The translations under genes were made by a program, and so were the position numbers. Below are positions 11,301 through 25,100 of a DNA stretch of 64,000 bases, piece by piece. Origin of the DNA: Balanoglossus misakiensis. Lineage: Eukaryota > Animalia > Hemichordata. The notes under the pieces were generated by a model that saw only the letters and a list, made by a program, of their open reading frames with translations, ran no database searches and was not told where the DNA came from. The stretch is taken from the NCBI GenBank assembly GCA_040954595.2, contig CM082577.2:9697846-9761845 (forward strand), read 5' to 3'. Within the stretch, counting starts at the first letter, position 1, and the number at the start of each line of letters is the position of its first letter.

Positions 11301-14300
11301 CATTATCAACAACACCATCTTATCTTCATGAGCAAAAGGCTAAATAGCTCAACTTTAAACTACGATATCACAAATTTTTTTGTTGAAATAGGCTGCTTGA
11401 ACATTAAGTGACCTACATAAAGAATAAACAATCAAGTTGACAGAGCAGTCAACCTCAACCCTGATTTTACTCTCAAAGCTATTGTGATCAACACGTTGTC
11501 GAATGCCTACTCTGGCACGTATGGTCAGCTCTCAAAATCACGGCAAACAAGAACAAACATCAAATCCCTTGGCGTGTGTTTGCAGACGTATCATCAGGTG
11601 GTATTCTCTTTAACAACAGATAATGCAGTTTTACGATATCTGCTGAAACTAATTGACAGGTTGTCCACCTTTATGCTGCGAGATAAAGCTATGAGGGCCA
11701 ACCTTATCAACGCAATGAAACTGGCAAAGAATTTAATTGCATATACCATTTCCCCCTTGCTGTAAAAATGCATTTTTTTAAAAATTTGACCAATTTGGGT
11801 CACAGCAATACTATGCTAGACTCTATTGTTATTAATTTCTTTCACTATCTTTGAAAGTATGTAAATATTTACTCCCAAAGTTGGGATGATCTGCAGACAT
11901 TTTGAATCACAATTACTACCAATGTGTTTTTGCAAACATGACATAATTTGTTTTCCAAGGAAATTTCCAGAAACAAGACCTGATAACAGAATTTACACTC
12001 TATTAATAGAGCGTTTCAGAAATGATAAAACATAGTAAAATGACTACATACCCCAAATCCCGGATACGATCTGGGTCGCAACTTCTCAATGTCCTCCATG
12101 ACATTGGGATCCGAGTTGGACCTCTGCCGGGCTTCTGGCTGCTCCTGTACGAACACATGAAACATGTACATTGCGTGTGTTAATAATACTCCAGTTCACT
12201 TTTTGGGCACTGCCCATGCCTAGTACGCGAACTAGCACTCAGTCCTCTGTTACAAGGAACTCAGGGCACACCGAACGGCGACACAGACTGCACTGTTGAT
12301 AAACATTTAAAAAAAAACGTCGACAGAGTTCAGGGGTCTAAAGTTGATGCCGGCATCACAAAAGAGGCAGATCATCGCAGATAAATTATTATTCCGGTCC
12401 TCTCGACTGAGTCACACGGATCCTTCTCGCACAGTCTAGTTTGGCAACAGGTGGCAGCTACTGATTTCCATCCACAAACACAACACATGTACGATCCACG
12501 AGTTCACAGAGCAGGCCGTCGTTTGCGAGGAGATCACGAAACGACCGCGGAAGAGAGACATCATGACAGACAAGTGTCACGTCCTTTTTTGACCTCACAT
12601 ATACATATACGACTCCATTATTGTAGCTGGCGCGAGTCAACTGCGTACGGTGGAAACTGTGTCATGTGTCGAAAGACACCTCCACTGAGCATATATATCC
12701 AAGCCTCCGCTTATCTCAACACTGTTATCTCACAGTACACAGAACTTTGCTTTACGATATATCTGTGCAACATGCATTTGCCTTTTCAAACAGCTATTCT
12801 ACCTGCGTCTATCTATGCTGTGCTCCTGGGTAATAATTGTCATGACAACAGATTTTCCATCTTCACAATGATTCTTTTTTTTTCTGACAGACTGATTTTT
12901 ATTTGTCATTGAATACTTAAGTGTGTGCAAAATTTTACAAAGAATTGCAAAAATTTTCAGTAAATGTTGAAAATTGTTGACGGTTAGTTTTTGTATCCAT
13001 GGCAATAGCATCAGCCGTAGCTTATCGTTCTGTACGACACAATGGCCGCCTTCAAACCGTGTCTGATGTTTGCCTACGTTAAATCAACCCTATTGAGTCG
13101 TATAGAGCTCACACTCACCGGGACAAAAACGACTGTTGACAGATGCCCTTGCTTGACCTGCCAATTGTGGAGTGGACATCACTCGAATTCTTTCATGGAC
13201 TGAAGCCCCATTGAGGCCGGTTTATTGTGAAGTTTACCCGCACGAATCAATCTCAATGCACTCGACTATAATTCTGCCGGTGTCGATCTCATTGCTCTGT
13301 TTGACGAGTTCACAAGCGGTGGGAGTGCAAACATCGCTCGACAAATTTATTCTGCAGGGGGGAAAGAAACTGGAAGAAGCAAGTAACTGCTTCTACTAGT
13401 TCAGTAAATCTGATTCAGTGCATAATTATTTTAGTTTTCTAAAATAATCATTTCAATTTGGACAAGAACAATACAGCACTATGCAGAAAGTGATCTACGC
13501 CAAAAATTGGTATTCTGGGAAGTATTTTCAGTACAAGAACTCACAATAGGTATTCGCACAAATTACTCAATTCATATTCTCCTACATTATTACGGCCATA
13601 ATGCAAACATTTGCCATGCCGCGCAAGGGTATCATCAATCCATACCAGGAATTGCTGACACAGCGATCTTTTGGAGAAATATAGTTTTAATACTAACAAC
13701 TAGAATGATGCCTTCTACGGTTTACATGGAAGAGATATTTTTATCTGTCGGTTAAAAATATGCATCTATTCAGGGACTGCCTCATTGACACAGATATTCC
13801 AGTCGACTCTCATGTTACTATTCAAATCTTCCTATACTATCAACACTTGCAGTGCCAGTGTGTCTCTTTTCACGTTTTGAACTTTGATTTAACGTTTATG
13901 AATGAACTGAAGATCAGAGTTTCGCCAAAGGTTAAGTGTGCGTGTCGGGTGGTTGAACGTTAACTGTTGGGGTATGGGTGTGTCAAAACTGGATCAAGTC
14001 ACCGATGAAGCATGTTTTCAATGTGGGGATTGTTTCCACAAATAAACCCCGAGTCCATCTTTAGATTGACCTGTTTCTGAAGCACCGGCTATCATGAGAC
14101 GCTCACAACGGCACGTGCAAGTTTACATGGTGCTGTTTATTCCGTTAATATTTCGCCAAGAAATTTCCCCACCCGCAGCACAATTCTGATCACATTCGCA
14201 CAAATGAATACACTTGCACCAGAAGGGATGATGTTTCCGAGAATTAGAAGGCTGAATTATTCACCATCTCAGACGTCACGCAACCTGGACAATGCATCTT

Positions 14301-17300
14301 TAATGGCTCTGACAGACCTTGGAAATATCATAAGGCACTGCATTCTGAAGCCAAGAAACATTTTTTTTACATACTTTAACCTTTAAATAAAAAGAGTACT
14401 GGTACATACTGCACCATTCTTTATATAGCTATGGTTCAAGTACAGAATTGAATATGACTGTCACAACTTAAGTTATGCATACGACAAAGCCATGGACAGT
14501 TCAACACGATAAAGATTTGATTTGGGATAATAAAGTTTAAACCGCAACCTGATCAGTACTGGCATGTCATTTTCTACTGATTGTATAGCATGTGGTCAGG
14601 TCCTGTCAATCAGTTTCACCTCAAAGCCAGACATGAAATTCTATATTTCGGTTACTTCCTTTGTACATGTAAGGTTTCATCACTTCTAGTCATTCATTTC
14701 AATCGCATGATCATCCCTGAAACCATCAGCCCTGGATACATTGTCTGTATGATCAAATACCGCTAGTCAGAATGAAAAAAAGCATGAATACATGAGTACA
14801 TCAGTGCTGATTAGACACTGAATTGAGTTCTGTCTCATTGATTTGACAGATTTCAATATGCAGGCATCTTGCGAGATTGAACCGAAAAATGTTGATAAAA
14901 GCATACAGGTAAAATAGAAACTAACCACAATCTATCTACTCCAATTCAAAATCCTTATAAATCACACTTTCTTGATTGAAATGTCAGGGGCTAAAAATCT
15001 AGCACGGTAGAATCAAATATTGGTTTTTCGAAAAATAAATAATGATTTATTCCCGACCAATTTGGTGAGGTTTTGACCAGCGGGGTGGCGGCAAACGTCT
15101 TTGTCTGAAAACCAAAGCATGCTTTTTTATGACCCTGCATCAATCTTCATTTTCACATGATTGTATAGATCCTGCACTGTTTATAACGTGCCAGGGTCTT
15201 TCGCGGAAGCTGATGATTTCTCGCGACACCCTTGTTTTTGTTCACTGCCATTGTCTCTATCCCATCATCCCAATCTTCCACTTGATCAAAAGCTTTGATT
15301 TATCACGTTTTTTTCCCCCTTCTCTCACTGAACACAAATTGGATCATTCTCCGTTTCCTGATTGCTTGCGGTTTAATTGATGGATTTCATTCCGGGAGGC
15401 GGATGGGGGCAGTATCGGAACAATGAAGCTCTGGGCCGAGGTTCAATTTCATTTCAGTCGCATCCAATTCTTTCTTTTTTTCACGCTCATTATCACAGGA
15501 TATCTAATTCATTGCTCTTGGCCGGCCAAAGGGAGTTTCATATCAGTCATTTTCTTTGCCGAATGTGAAACGAAACAACGTTCAATCACTTTGAGTCACG
15601 TATTACTATCACTGTCTGTTTTCACACCTCTATCTCTAGATATGAGACACATGGCAGGTACCTCGCATACAATCTATAAGTATACAGTCAGCATTGTTAT
15701 TGTTCAAAATTGTATTCTAGTCTGGACTAGAATTCATTTGTCACCAATAACAATGGCATGCTGTTTGGAGTAGAAAAAGAAATTGCTTTTGGTATAGAAC
15801 AAAAATACTGCAAATAAAGCTAAAAGATACAGCTGATGTCCCTTTAACTCTGGATCCCTTCCAGTTGTGCGGGCCACCTAGTTTTTCAGCTATCAATGGG
15901 GAGGAGGGGGCGTGTCAGACTGTGGTTTCGGGGGAAATGGACCAATTATATTATGCTGGCATGAATTCAGGGGTTAGAAGTCAGCCTGGAACGCATTACT
16001 CAGTCTACTAAATAAGAAGAATCAAAATGCGGGGAAAAATATGCCAATTCGATGAAACCCACTCATTGGCACGTTGGCTTGCTGGAGAGACGTCATCTTC
16101 AGAACGCTACAATTAAACTGACAGCGTGTCCCGGAGAAAACACTTTGATCGATGGTACGGTCTAGAAAACTTCATTTCTGCTGAAAAACAACACAACACC
16201 GGCATCTCGAATTCTCCCTCCCCAAGGCAGGTCTGTTTTAATAACATGGCTGGCTGCAGCAAGACAGTGGTTTTTGTCACGGTTGTCAACACCTGAAAAC
16301 GTCTCACTCTATTCCCGTTTGACATAAAATCGATAGCCAAACAATTTCGGCTTATCAGAGCAGTTGAGTCAACTTGGGGCTCGCATCCTGTGATCCCAGA
16401 TTGTGACGAGGGAAAGACGTTGATTGATAGAGAGGAAACTGTTTGTATCAAAACAGACCGGCGTCATTCTGAACCGACTTGGAATTTTAAAAGGTAGATT
16501 CTGATAAACAAGATGTTTACATTCAATAAACCACTATCAAAGAATTCAACTTTTGGACACAAAGTACCAAAGTACGGGTGTGTCTACACCCTCCAGAAAT
16601 CTTGACATATTTTTGCAAGCTGTTATGCTGATTGGTATTAAAAAAGATGATTGATAGTAGATGTTTGAGAACAATTAAAAAATGTGTTACCAAGTGTTTA
16701 CTTTTTTCAAGTTTACAAACAAACAAACAAACAAACAACAAATATGACAGTGTAATCCTGATGGTTCACTGCTCAGATCAAACCTGTGACCTCTGGTATC
16801 TGTCCGTTCTTTCGCTCAATAATAATTTACAACTTTGACAACATGACAGAAAAGAAGGAAATTTAAATTATGCCACAGGGGGCTCCCTTGATAAGCATTG
16901 GCCAGAGCAGTTTTACAAATAAGAAACTTGGGTCCGGATTGTCAAATCTTATGAATATTCTGTTGGTGCCGAGCGTCACACAACAGAGGAAGTAATTTGA
17001 TTAGCCTTCAACCCATGTTCTGTTTTCAGGTTGTGTTTGCACAGCCTGAATGGGAACAATACGTAACAATTTGAATTTGCCTGAAGATGTTTTGATTCAC
17101 TGGTACACAGAACCAACAGCCGCTATTGTCAGTGTAAACACTTGAAGACGACCCAGCGTACACAAAGAAAACACTTTGTTTCAGAGACCCTTAATTGCAC
17201 AACAACATACTGTAAAATGGAAAATTTTCACGACATCAAAAGAGGCAACTGTTATGCGATGATTAATTTTCGCATTCTCGTATTCCACTGCATTATTAGC

Positions 17301-20300
17301 TCCAGAAAAACATTTGTATGCGACTTTTTATTTTCACGTTTTGTTGGCTTTCATGTAGTTCGCGAAAATTTATCGTTTGCGAAAATTTCTCGTTTTACAG
17401 TAGTCATACTATGGACAGACACCACACATTTCCCATCATGCAATTTATCCAGGGACCCCGAGTCCTTGCCTCGACCACAGTTCGCTTTCGATCAATCTAT
17501 GTGCGACTGAAACTCTTCACATTAGAACATTCAGAGTTATTCCAAATGATTTCATATTGTGCCAGAAACGGTCATACGCCCAGAGTCCTAAATTTTGCAC
17601 TGCTTGATTCAAAGGAAAACTCGTATTGCTAAAAGGCTCTCTCTGACTAAAAAGCCCAAATCATGAAACTCTCTCAAAAGCATCCAAAGATTCCTACATT
17701 GTAGAAATTTGATTTAATTCAATCTGGACATTATTGGCTTTGGGGGTCTTTCTTTTCCATCACAATTAATTCCCTGAAATACTGTCTTTTCCGTGGATTC
17801 TGGGGATGCGAAGTACCGGGAAGAAACCTGACATTCCAGCAAGGCCCTGAGGTGACAACAGATTGCTCTTTGAAGTGGAATTGCAATGCATTGTAAGAGA
17901 CACCATCAGAATCCGATGTTTGTTGTCTACCCCGCAGTGTTGTGTTGCGCCAACAAGAAGAAGAGTGGTTCAATCTGATCAGTGGAAGGTTTCAAGACCA
18001 GTGTGTATGTGTGTGGTACATGTATGTGCATGTGAGGAAATGTTAATAATACACATGCACGTGTATTCATGTGTGTACACTGAGGTGTGCATTAAGGTGT
18101 AAAGTCTGTCTGTCACGTCTGTCTGAATATACCGGCATTTCTGATCAGACATGTACATACACAAATTACAAAACTCAATGTTAAACAGATGTACATGTAC
18201 ATTTGTACCAACATTGAAAACACAACGAAATCTGCTGTCTGTTTTCATTTTGTTCCACAGACTGAACTGTTAAGAAATATCCAATACACATCTCCTAAAA
18301 CCCTTCATGGAGATATGCAAGTACCACAGAAATGTTGGTATTAACACTATGGCGATCAGCAGAAACTATTGTCCCTGGTACATGTATTTCCATGATAATC
18401 CCTATCAGCCGTAAGCAGAGCTCTGATGTCTGAAACTCCAGCTTCTGATCAAAAAAGCAACTCCCCCGACGATAAAACAACCTAGATTTTATCAACAGAC
18501 TGCGACGATGCCCACGTATCGTACGTCAGACAAAAGCGCGTATTTCACTCCAAATTTCACCTCCAAAAATGACGTCCGGAATAGCCGTACAGTAATTACC
18601 ACGGCAACTCGCCTCCCGCACTTCTGTTCACAGCACTTCAATAGTGAATGGGTTTTTCGGTACATTGAGTGCAACAGTTTGTTGAATGGGCCACTCAGAC
18701 ATGCTACACTTAAACTGATAACCCACATTATAGGCAAACATTCAAATGCTCTGAAACGCGACGGGCACAATATCGGGACAGAGTCTGTGCCCTGATTTTT
18801 TCTTTCTGTTGCGTTTGACATTCTTAAGTAGTCTTGCTAACATCACCCGTCACCCATTTACAGAGAACTGAGAATGTTTTCGTTTGTCAGACGTGATCAA
18901 TGGTCCTTCAAATTACATGTCCTGAAAAACAGGTCAATCTCCCCACAATTCGTGCGTTTAATGTGTTGATCACCAACAAAAATGTGTGTGCTTTACCTAT
19001 TAGTCTTAAGTATGTGATTTTTTTTCCCCCGGTACATTAAAGCTCGACGCAGGAAGCAACCGAAACATGTCGATTATATCAGAGCGATTATCAAAATCTG
19101 TCAAGCTTCCAAATTCTGATTCATGTGGGCTCATTGTAGAAATACAAGAATGTTCTCATTATATCTTGCTCCTTCTGTAGACTGAAATATCTTTAAAAGT
19201 TTTATTTTTCCAGTTCCAGAAAGCGTACTTCACTGGAAAGACCTGAAAACTAGATTTTGCTCATCACAGCAACGTCCCATTTTTTTCAGAAATATATATT
19301 AAATGTATAAGTGCAGATGACTGGCTAGACACTGTTCTAGTGTTTTGAAGAATGGGTTCCTTACCTCCGTCTGTTCATCCTTCTTCTCCTCCAGCAAATC
19401 CCTGACAGGCGCCATGGCACCGACGTCTAGAGTGTGTCGAGTCCTCCTCTCCTGTTGGCGTCTCCGCCTCTCGATGTTACGTCGACTCGGCGCCAGCACT
19501 CCGTCCGAGCTTCTCAATCCGGCGACCGGTTCCCTCTCCCGCGCCCGGCCCCTCCCGGAGGACTCGGGTTTGACGGAGTCGTCGTCGTCGTAGATCTGCT
19601 TCGTGGAGCTGTAGTCGCTGCGGGACGCCGGCATGCGGACGGCGCTGTTGGAGGGCAGCTGCGACGCGTCCTCGAACCGCTGCGTGTTCTCGTTCCACAC
19701 CCAGTCGTCCATGCCGGAGAAGTAGTCCGCCGTGGGGTGCTGCTCCCTCTGGGAGGAGGAGAACCACCGGCTGGCGTAGGGCTCCCCCCGCTGCTGCCGC
19801 AGGCTGTCCACCGCCCCGGACTTCAGCGTCTCCGGCTTCTCGAAGGACTCCTTCAGCGTCGGGAAGAGGTCGTGGCTCTCGGCCAGCTCGCGCTCCATGC
19901 CCACTTTCTCCGTCGACGGCCGCCGCTTGGTGTCCGGCTGCTGCTGCTGCGACTGGTAGCCCGTCGTCAGCTTGGCCTTGGGCACGTCCGAGATGGACTC
20001 GTACTGTTTCTTGGCTCCTTGGAATCGCGGCTGTTCCGGTTTCTGGTCGTGGCTGGCCGTCCCCTCTCGGCTCCCCGCGGACACCGAGGTCTCGGACACG
20101 GCCCTTTTCGGGGCGGGCGCCTCCTTGTCCGTTTCGTAGTTCTTGTTCTTATCCCCCGCGTCGATTATCTTCCTGTTCAAGGAACTGCTCCTGCGCGGAC
20201 GGTCGATGTCGTAGATGCTCTTCTGCGGCTGCGGAAACGCGTCGCCGTACCTGTCGACTGAAATCGGCCTCCGGTCTCGAGCTTTGCTCCTGTCTGCGCT

Positions 20301-22082
20301 AACACCCCGGTTCGATACTTCGTCGCGTTGAATCGGCTTACTTTGGGCCTGAAAAAAAACGAGAGAGAAATCATGTCAGAAGAAAGCTGGTGCATTTTGT
20401 TTGAAAATTTACTATACTGAAATCAAGAAAGTACACTGACATTTTCATTAACATCGTTATTGATGTACACATTCTCTCGAGTGACAGCATTCTGAGAACA
20501 GCCTTGTCTCCTTGGCAACAAGTCACTAACAGCATTACACTTTTAATGATCTAATTACACATGAAGAAAACCTGCGATATAAACGGACAGCATGATAAAT
20601 GTCATAGACACACTTTTGAAAATAAGAAAAATAGTAATTTTAGACAAGTGTAAAATCAAGTAAGCCTGGAATACACCACTGAATAATAAAACGGTGCTGG
20701 AAAAAAAGTAAGATTTTTTTCTTCAATTTTATACCAAAACTTGTTAACATGCATGGGTACATACTCATGAATGTGTGTGTGGGTGTGTATGACACACATG
20801 CAAGGATGCCAAACAATACTGTCAAACTTTCCACCTGCAAAAATTATCTTGTCTGTTTATGGTAGTGTAACTATCATATGATTACATGTATAGGCGGCTT
20901 CAAAACTATGAATTTGGTAGCAAGCTGGCGAGTTTTAGTTGTCTGGATCGACAGAGTCCCCACCACAATGGAAAATCAATCACGACAACGTGAAAGAGCA
21001 CTTGAAATCCATCTGTCCAACGGTCCCCTTCGGGATTTCCAGCAACCTCGTGCGAGGTGCAAAGTGATCACGGTGACATCCCTCCCCCGAAACCCTGAAG
21101 GATAACTTGGCGCCGATCGTCTTCAGAGCGCAAGGACGTTATTAACTGATGCTTCCACTCCATTAAATCCCAACACATTGACGCCTTGTAGAAGGCCAGG
21201 GCGTTTCAGCATAATTTAACCTTGACTGTGCCGGCTGAAATGTGGGCTTAGCAAGGTCTTAGATTGCTCTAATAGTCTCAGAAACTTCCGAGCTCTTTAG
21301 AGAGAGAGACTCTCGGATTTAGGCAAATCCTTCGTTTACACAGCTGAGAGAAAAGCAATTACAAAAGGGGGGGGGGGGGTGATTTTGTGAACGAAAATGG
21401 GGAAATATTTGCAACAGCACCTACTGATTTCAGTTTTCTTGATCTTGAATAAAAAATTTCAAACTTTTTGTGTGCGTCTAGTTTTATAAGAACAGTCTGC
21501 CACGATAAAAAACACTAGAAAACTGATGTAAAGCCAGATCTTTCACATCCCGTTCCTACACTGAAAACAGCCTACATTGTACAACTACACTTCACAAAGC
21601 ACGGCAAGAATAGCGCTCGATCTAACGAAACTGAAGAACTCACTCTGCATTGATTAGATCAATATGCAAACTTTCTCTTACAAAAACACAAAAAAATCAC
21701 CAAAATACAAAAAAGGGACGGTTACTGTATCACTGCAATGGCAAGGCCTTATGCTGCAAGACACTTGAATATTCACAGATGAATGACGGACTCAGCCTGG
21801 TAAACAGATTTGTAAAGGGAGACCGTCGACAGGTGATTGATGTTGAACACGCAAGTGAAGGGGTTTTACAAGATATTACAAGGGAAGGAGACAGTCTTAA
21901 TAGCGGGATTGGGAAGACGGTGTCAAGAAAGGCCGCCTCTTAATGATCGGGGATATGGAAAGGTAAAGGCCGCTTTCTGTGACAGGGCTGTCCAAAGCCT
22001 CTCTCACTCTCAGCATGGAGTTCCGCTTGACGCCATAGATCATGAGATTTTAACAGTTCTTTAGGCGTTACTTCAGACGGAT

Positions 22083-22121
<39 letters not shown>

Positions 22122-25100
22122 GAACGGTTTAATTCAGTAAACAGTCCTTGAATCGCTGTGCATGACTTCACTCTGATTTCCTGCCATTTTGAAATCCCTG
22201 AAAAGTTGCCAACTAGCCTCGATTTTCTTAACTTATTTCCACACTTGAAACATTTCAAGACCTGTACATCGAATTATTAAAGCTACATTGACTGTAAACT
22301 TTTTTTTCAGATCTGGAAATATATTATCCGACACAAAAGCACACACACACACAAAAATCGAACAGAATTTGTACCTGCGACACAGACTGGGGTGGTGGCT
22401 GCTGGGATTGCTGGATCTCCCGTTCTCGTTTCTTCGACTTGGATTTGGCGGCAGCCCTGTTGATTTGTGGGTATTCGGACAACACAGAAAACCACCTGCA
22501 AAATGACAACAGTTGAGAGATGACAAAAAGCGTGAAATGACTACGTCTAATTTTCAGATAAATGCAATTTTCCCCCGTGGCACAGGTGGTGATATAGTAC
22601 ACACTGACAGGATGACGGCATTTGTCAAGAATATTTTCACAATATCTTGTTGCTTGACCAAGTAAATCCTCTGATCTTCCATTCAAATTCGCTTCAATTA
22701 TTTTTTTTCACAACACAGGAGCACAGACAATCGTTCTGCCTGAAAATTCAACTTTGCTGTTTTGCCATTTCTATATTGTGCCTGATTCCAAAAACTTCAG
22801 TGTGTGAAAATAAGTCACTGTCAATAACAAAGTCCCCGCTTGGATCAACGGATTAGGGAGGAATTTCAGGAATGAAGGTAATACAGGAATTTCTGAGTTA
22901 CGGATTGAACTTCATGTCCAGTTGATAATAAAAATGACCATCTGGTACCATTTGGGTAGCATTTCAATAGTACCACAAAACTACATTGTAGGAATTTGTA
23001 GGATCGTGTCAAAGTACATGTACATTGTCCTTGAGACAGATTTTTACAACAGTTCAAGCATGCCTGGGTAATGACTACACACATCAGGTAATAAAACGGT
23101 CAACTGGTAACTATATTGGCTCATACTGCAATGGCACATTATCTGTGCCAAGTTTGAGGAAACATCTATCCAGGCATGACAGACTATTAATGTCACTAGG
23201 TCGTGAAAAATCTTATAACAAAATGGCTGCCCTGCAGCCATGTTGGATCGTACTGTGACACAAATGAACATGCAGACGTACACGTAGTCACTGAGCACTG
23301 CCATTGCGTGTGAAGTTCCAACAATACTGGATCATTGCAAGAATGTCTGAATAATGACACTCTATCATTATCAGCATAATACGTGAGACAGAAACAAATT
23401 TAAGTGCAGACTGTCACTGTTTAGTTTTTCATATATTTTAGTAGACAGAAAACCCACACTGCTTTGCCTCTCCAGAGGGTGCCCTAGGGCAGTATACTAC
23501 TAACATAACATGAGAAACTGAGGTAGTATTAAAATTTATTAACCCTGTAAAAAGAACCCAGCACACGAACAAAACAACGGTAGATGTTTCATTACTACAC
23601 GTACCTGTCCTTCTCCTCTCGAACTTCGGCGCGGATGTAGGTGGTGTTGTCGGGCACGGCGATCCCCATGGAGTGCTCGTGCCCGGTTTTCTCGTCGGCG
23701 GTGAAGACATCTGTGCACTCGTACATGTTGATGGTTCCCTGGGGGATGGTGCCTGGCTGCAAAATATTAGAGAAGACACAATCAGATTAGGCGGATGCAT
23801 ATTTAATGCCTGCTGCTCCCACAAGGAGGAGTGGTGTGTTTCTGTATCGAGACAGTTTTTTTTCGGTACAATCTGGTTTACATGTATTTGTTTCCTGAAT
23901 GCAATGTTCCACAAGGCGACTTTGAAGCCATAATGACAAACTTTAGGGATAACAGCTGAAAGAATTTTCCAGATCCTTTTATCAGTACAGAACAACACAG
24001 TGTCACCAAACATTTGTGCAAGATCAGTTGACAACACAAGTCAATTGTTATATTTCTATGTGCAGAATTATCAAAATCACAGTGGATTTCTAACAAAATA
24101 CTGACATTTCATGTTTGTCAATGTCATATTCATTTCAAGTTCATTTCCCGCAACATCTACAACACTGGAGAAGGATTTTGATATTTACGACATTTTAGCG
24201 TAATGTACTACACCGCACGCTTGTGTCGCATTGACACAATTAAACAGAAACCCATTGCCTGTTACACTTGTCATTTACTGTTCAGTTGTTTTCAACTGAC
24301 TAAAGCTCATCACACTTGTCTGTCGCAAGGGCGGTACGAGCATGACCTCGAGTGACCATCAATTTTGCTGAATGTGTAAATTTCTGTTACTGTGGTCACT
24401 GAATGCTGAATGGGTAAATTTCTGTTACTGTGGTCTCTGAAAATTGAACCAACAGGTATATTCTTGTAGATACCCAAGTGAGGTTCGACTGGACGAAAAT
24501 CAAAGATAAAAGGAGTGAAGTGATTCGACATCTTAGCCGACTATACTTTCCCCCCCCCCAGTTGAGAAGTTCTTGCACAAGTCACAAGTGAAGGCACTGA
24601 AGTGTGGCGCGCATACTCAGATAGTCTGTTCATGCCATCAAGTCAACACAATGGAGTACCTTTAGAAAGTAATACACCGTGTGATGTAGTCACGCTTGAC
24701 CGAAGACTACAGTCGGGCATTTTCAATAAACTGTACAATAAACTGACAGCAGTGGCAGAAGAAATGTTTTACGTGCGAACGTGTGTAACACCGGGTGAGC
24801 AGAAAAACCAGCATTGTTGAGCTGGTCGCTGAAACTTGACGCTTGCCAAGCCAGGGTAAGTACATGTAAGGTGTTCTGCACTGCTGCAGAACTTGGACTG
24901 CGCCACACTGCACTGCAGACATAGACATTCACTCGTCTGTAAAAGCTATCTACAATGTAAGTGGTACACAACTACAAAAGAGACCTAGGTTTTGACCACT
25001 GTTGAGCATGTTTCAAGATAGCGGCCTGTGATAGGTTATAAATCCATCTGCACTGACCAATCACAATCAAGCTTTTGAATACTGATGATAATCGACTTTT

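Noticed and set aside
19345-20261. 275-aa plus-strand ORF 19434..20261 and neighbours
   Set aside because: Shadow of the GC-rich minus-strand exon; confined to it
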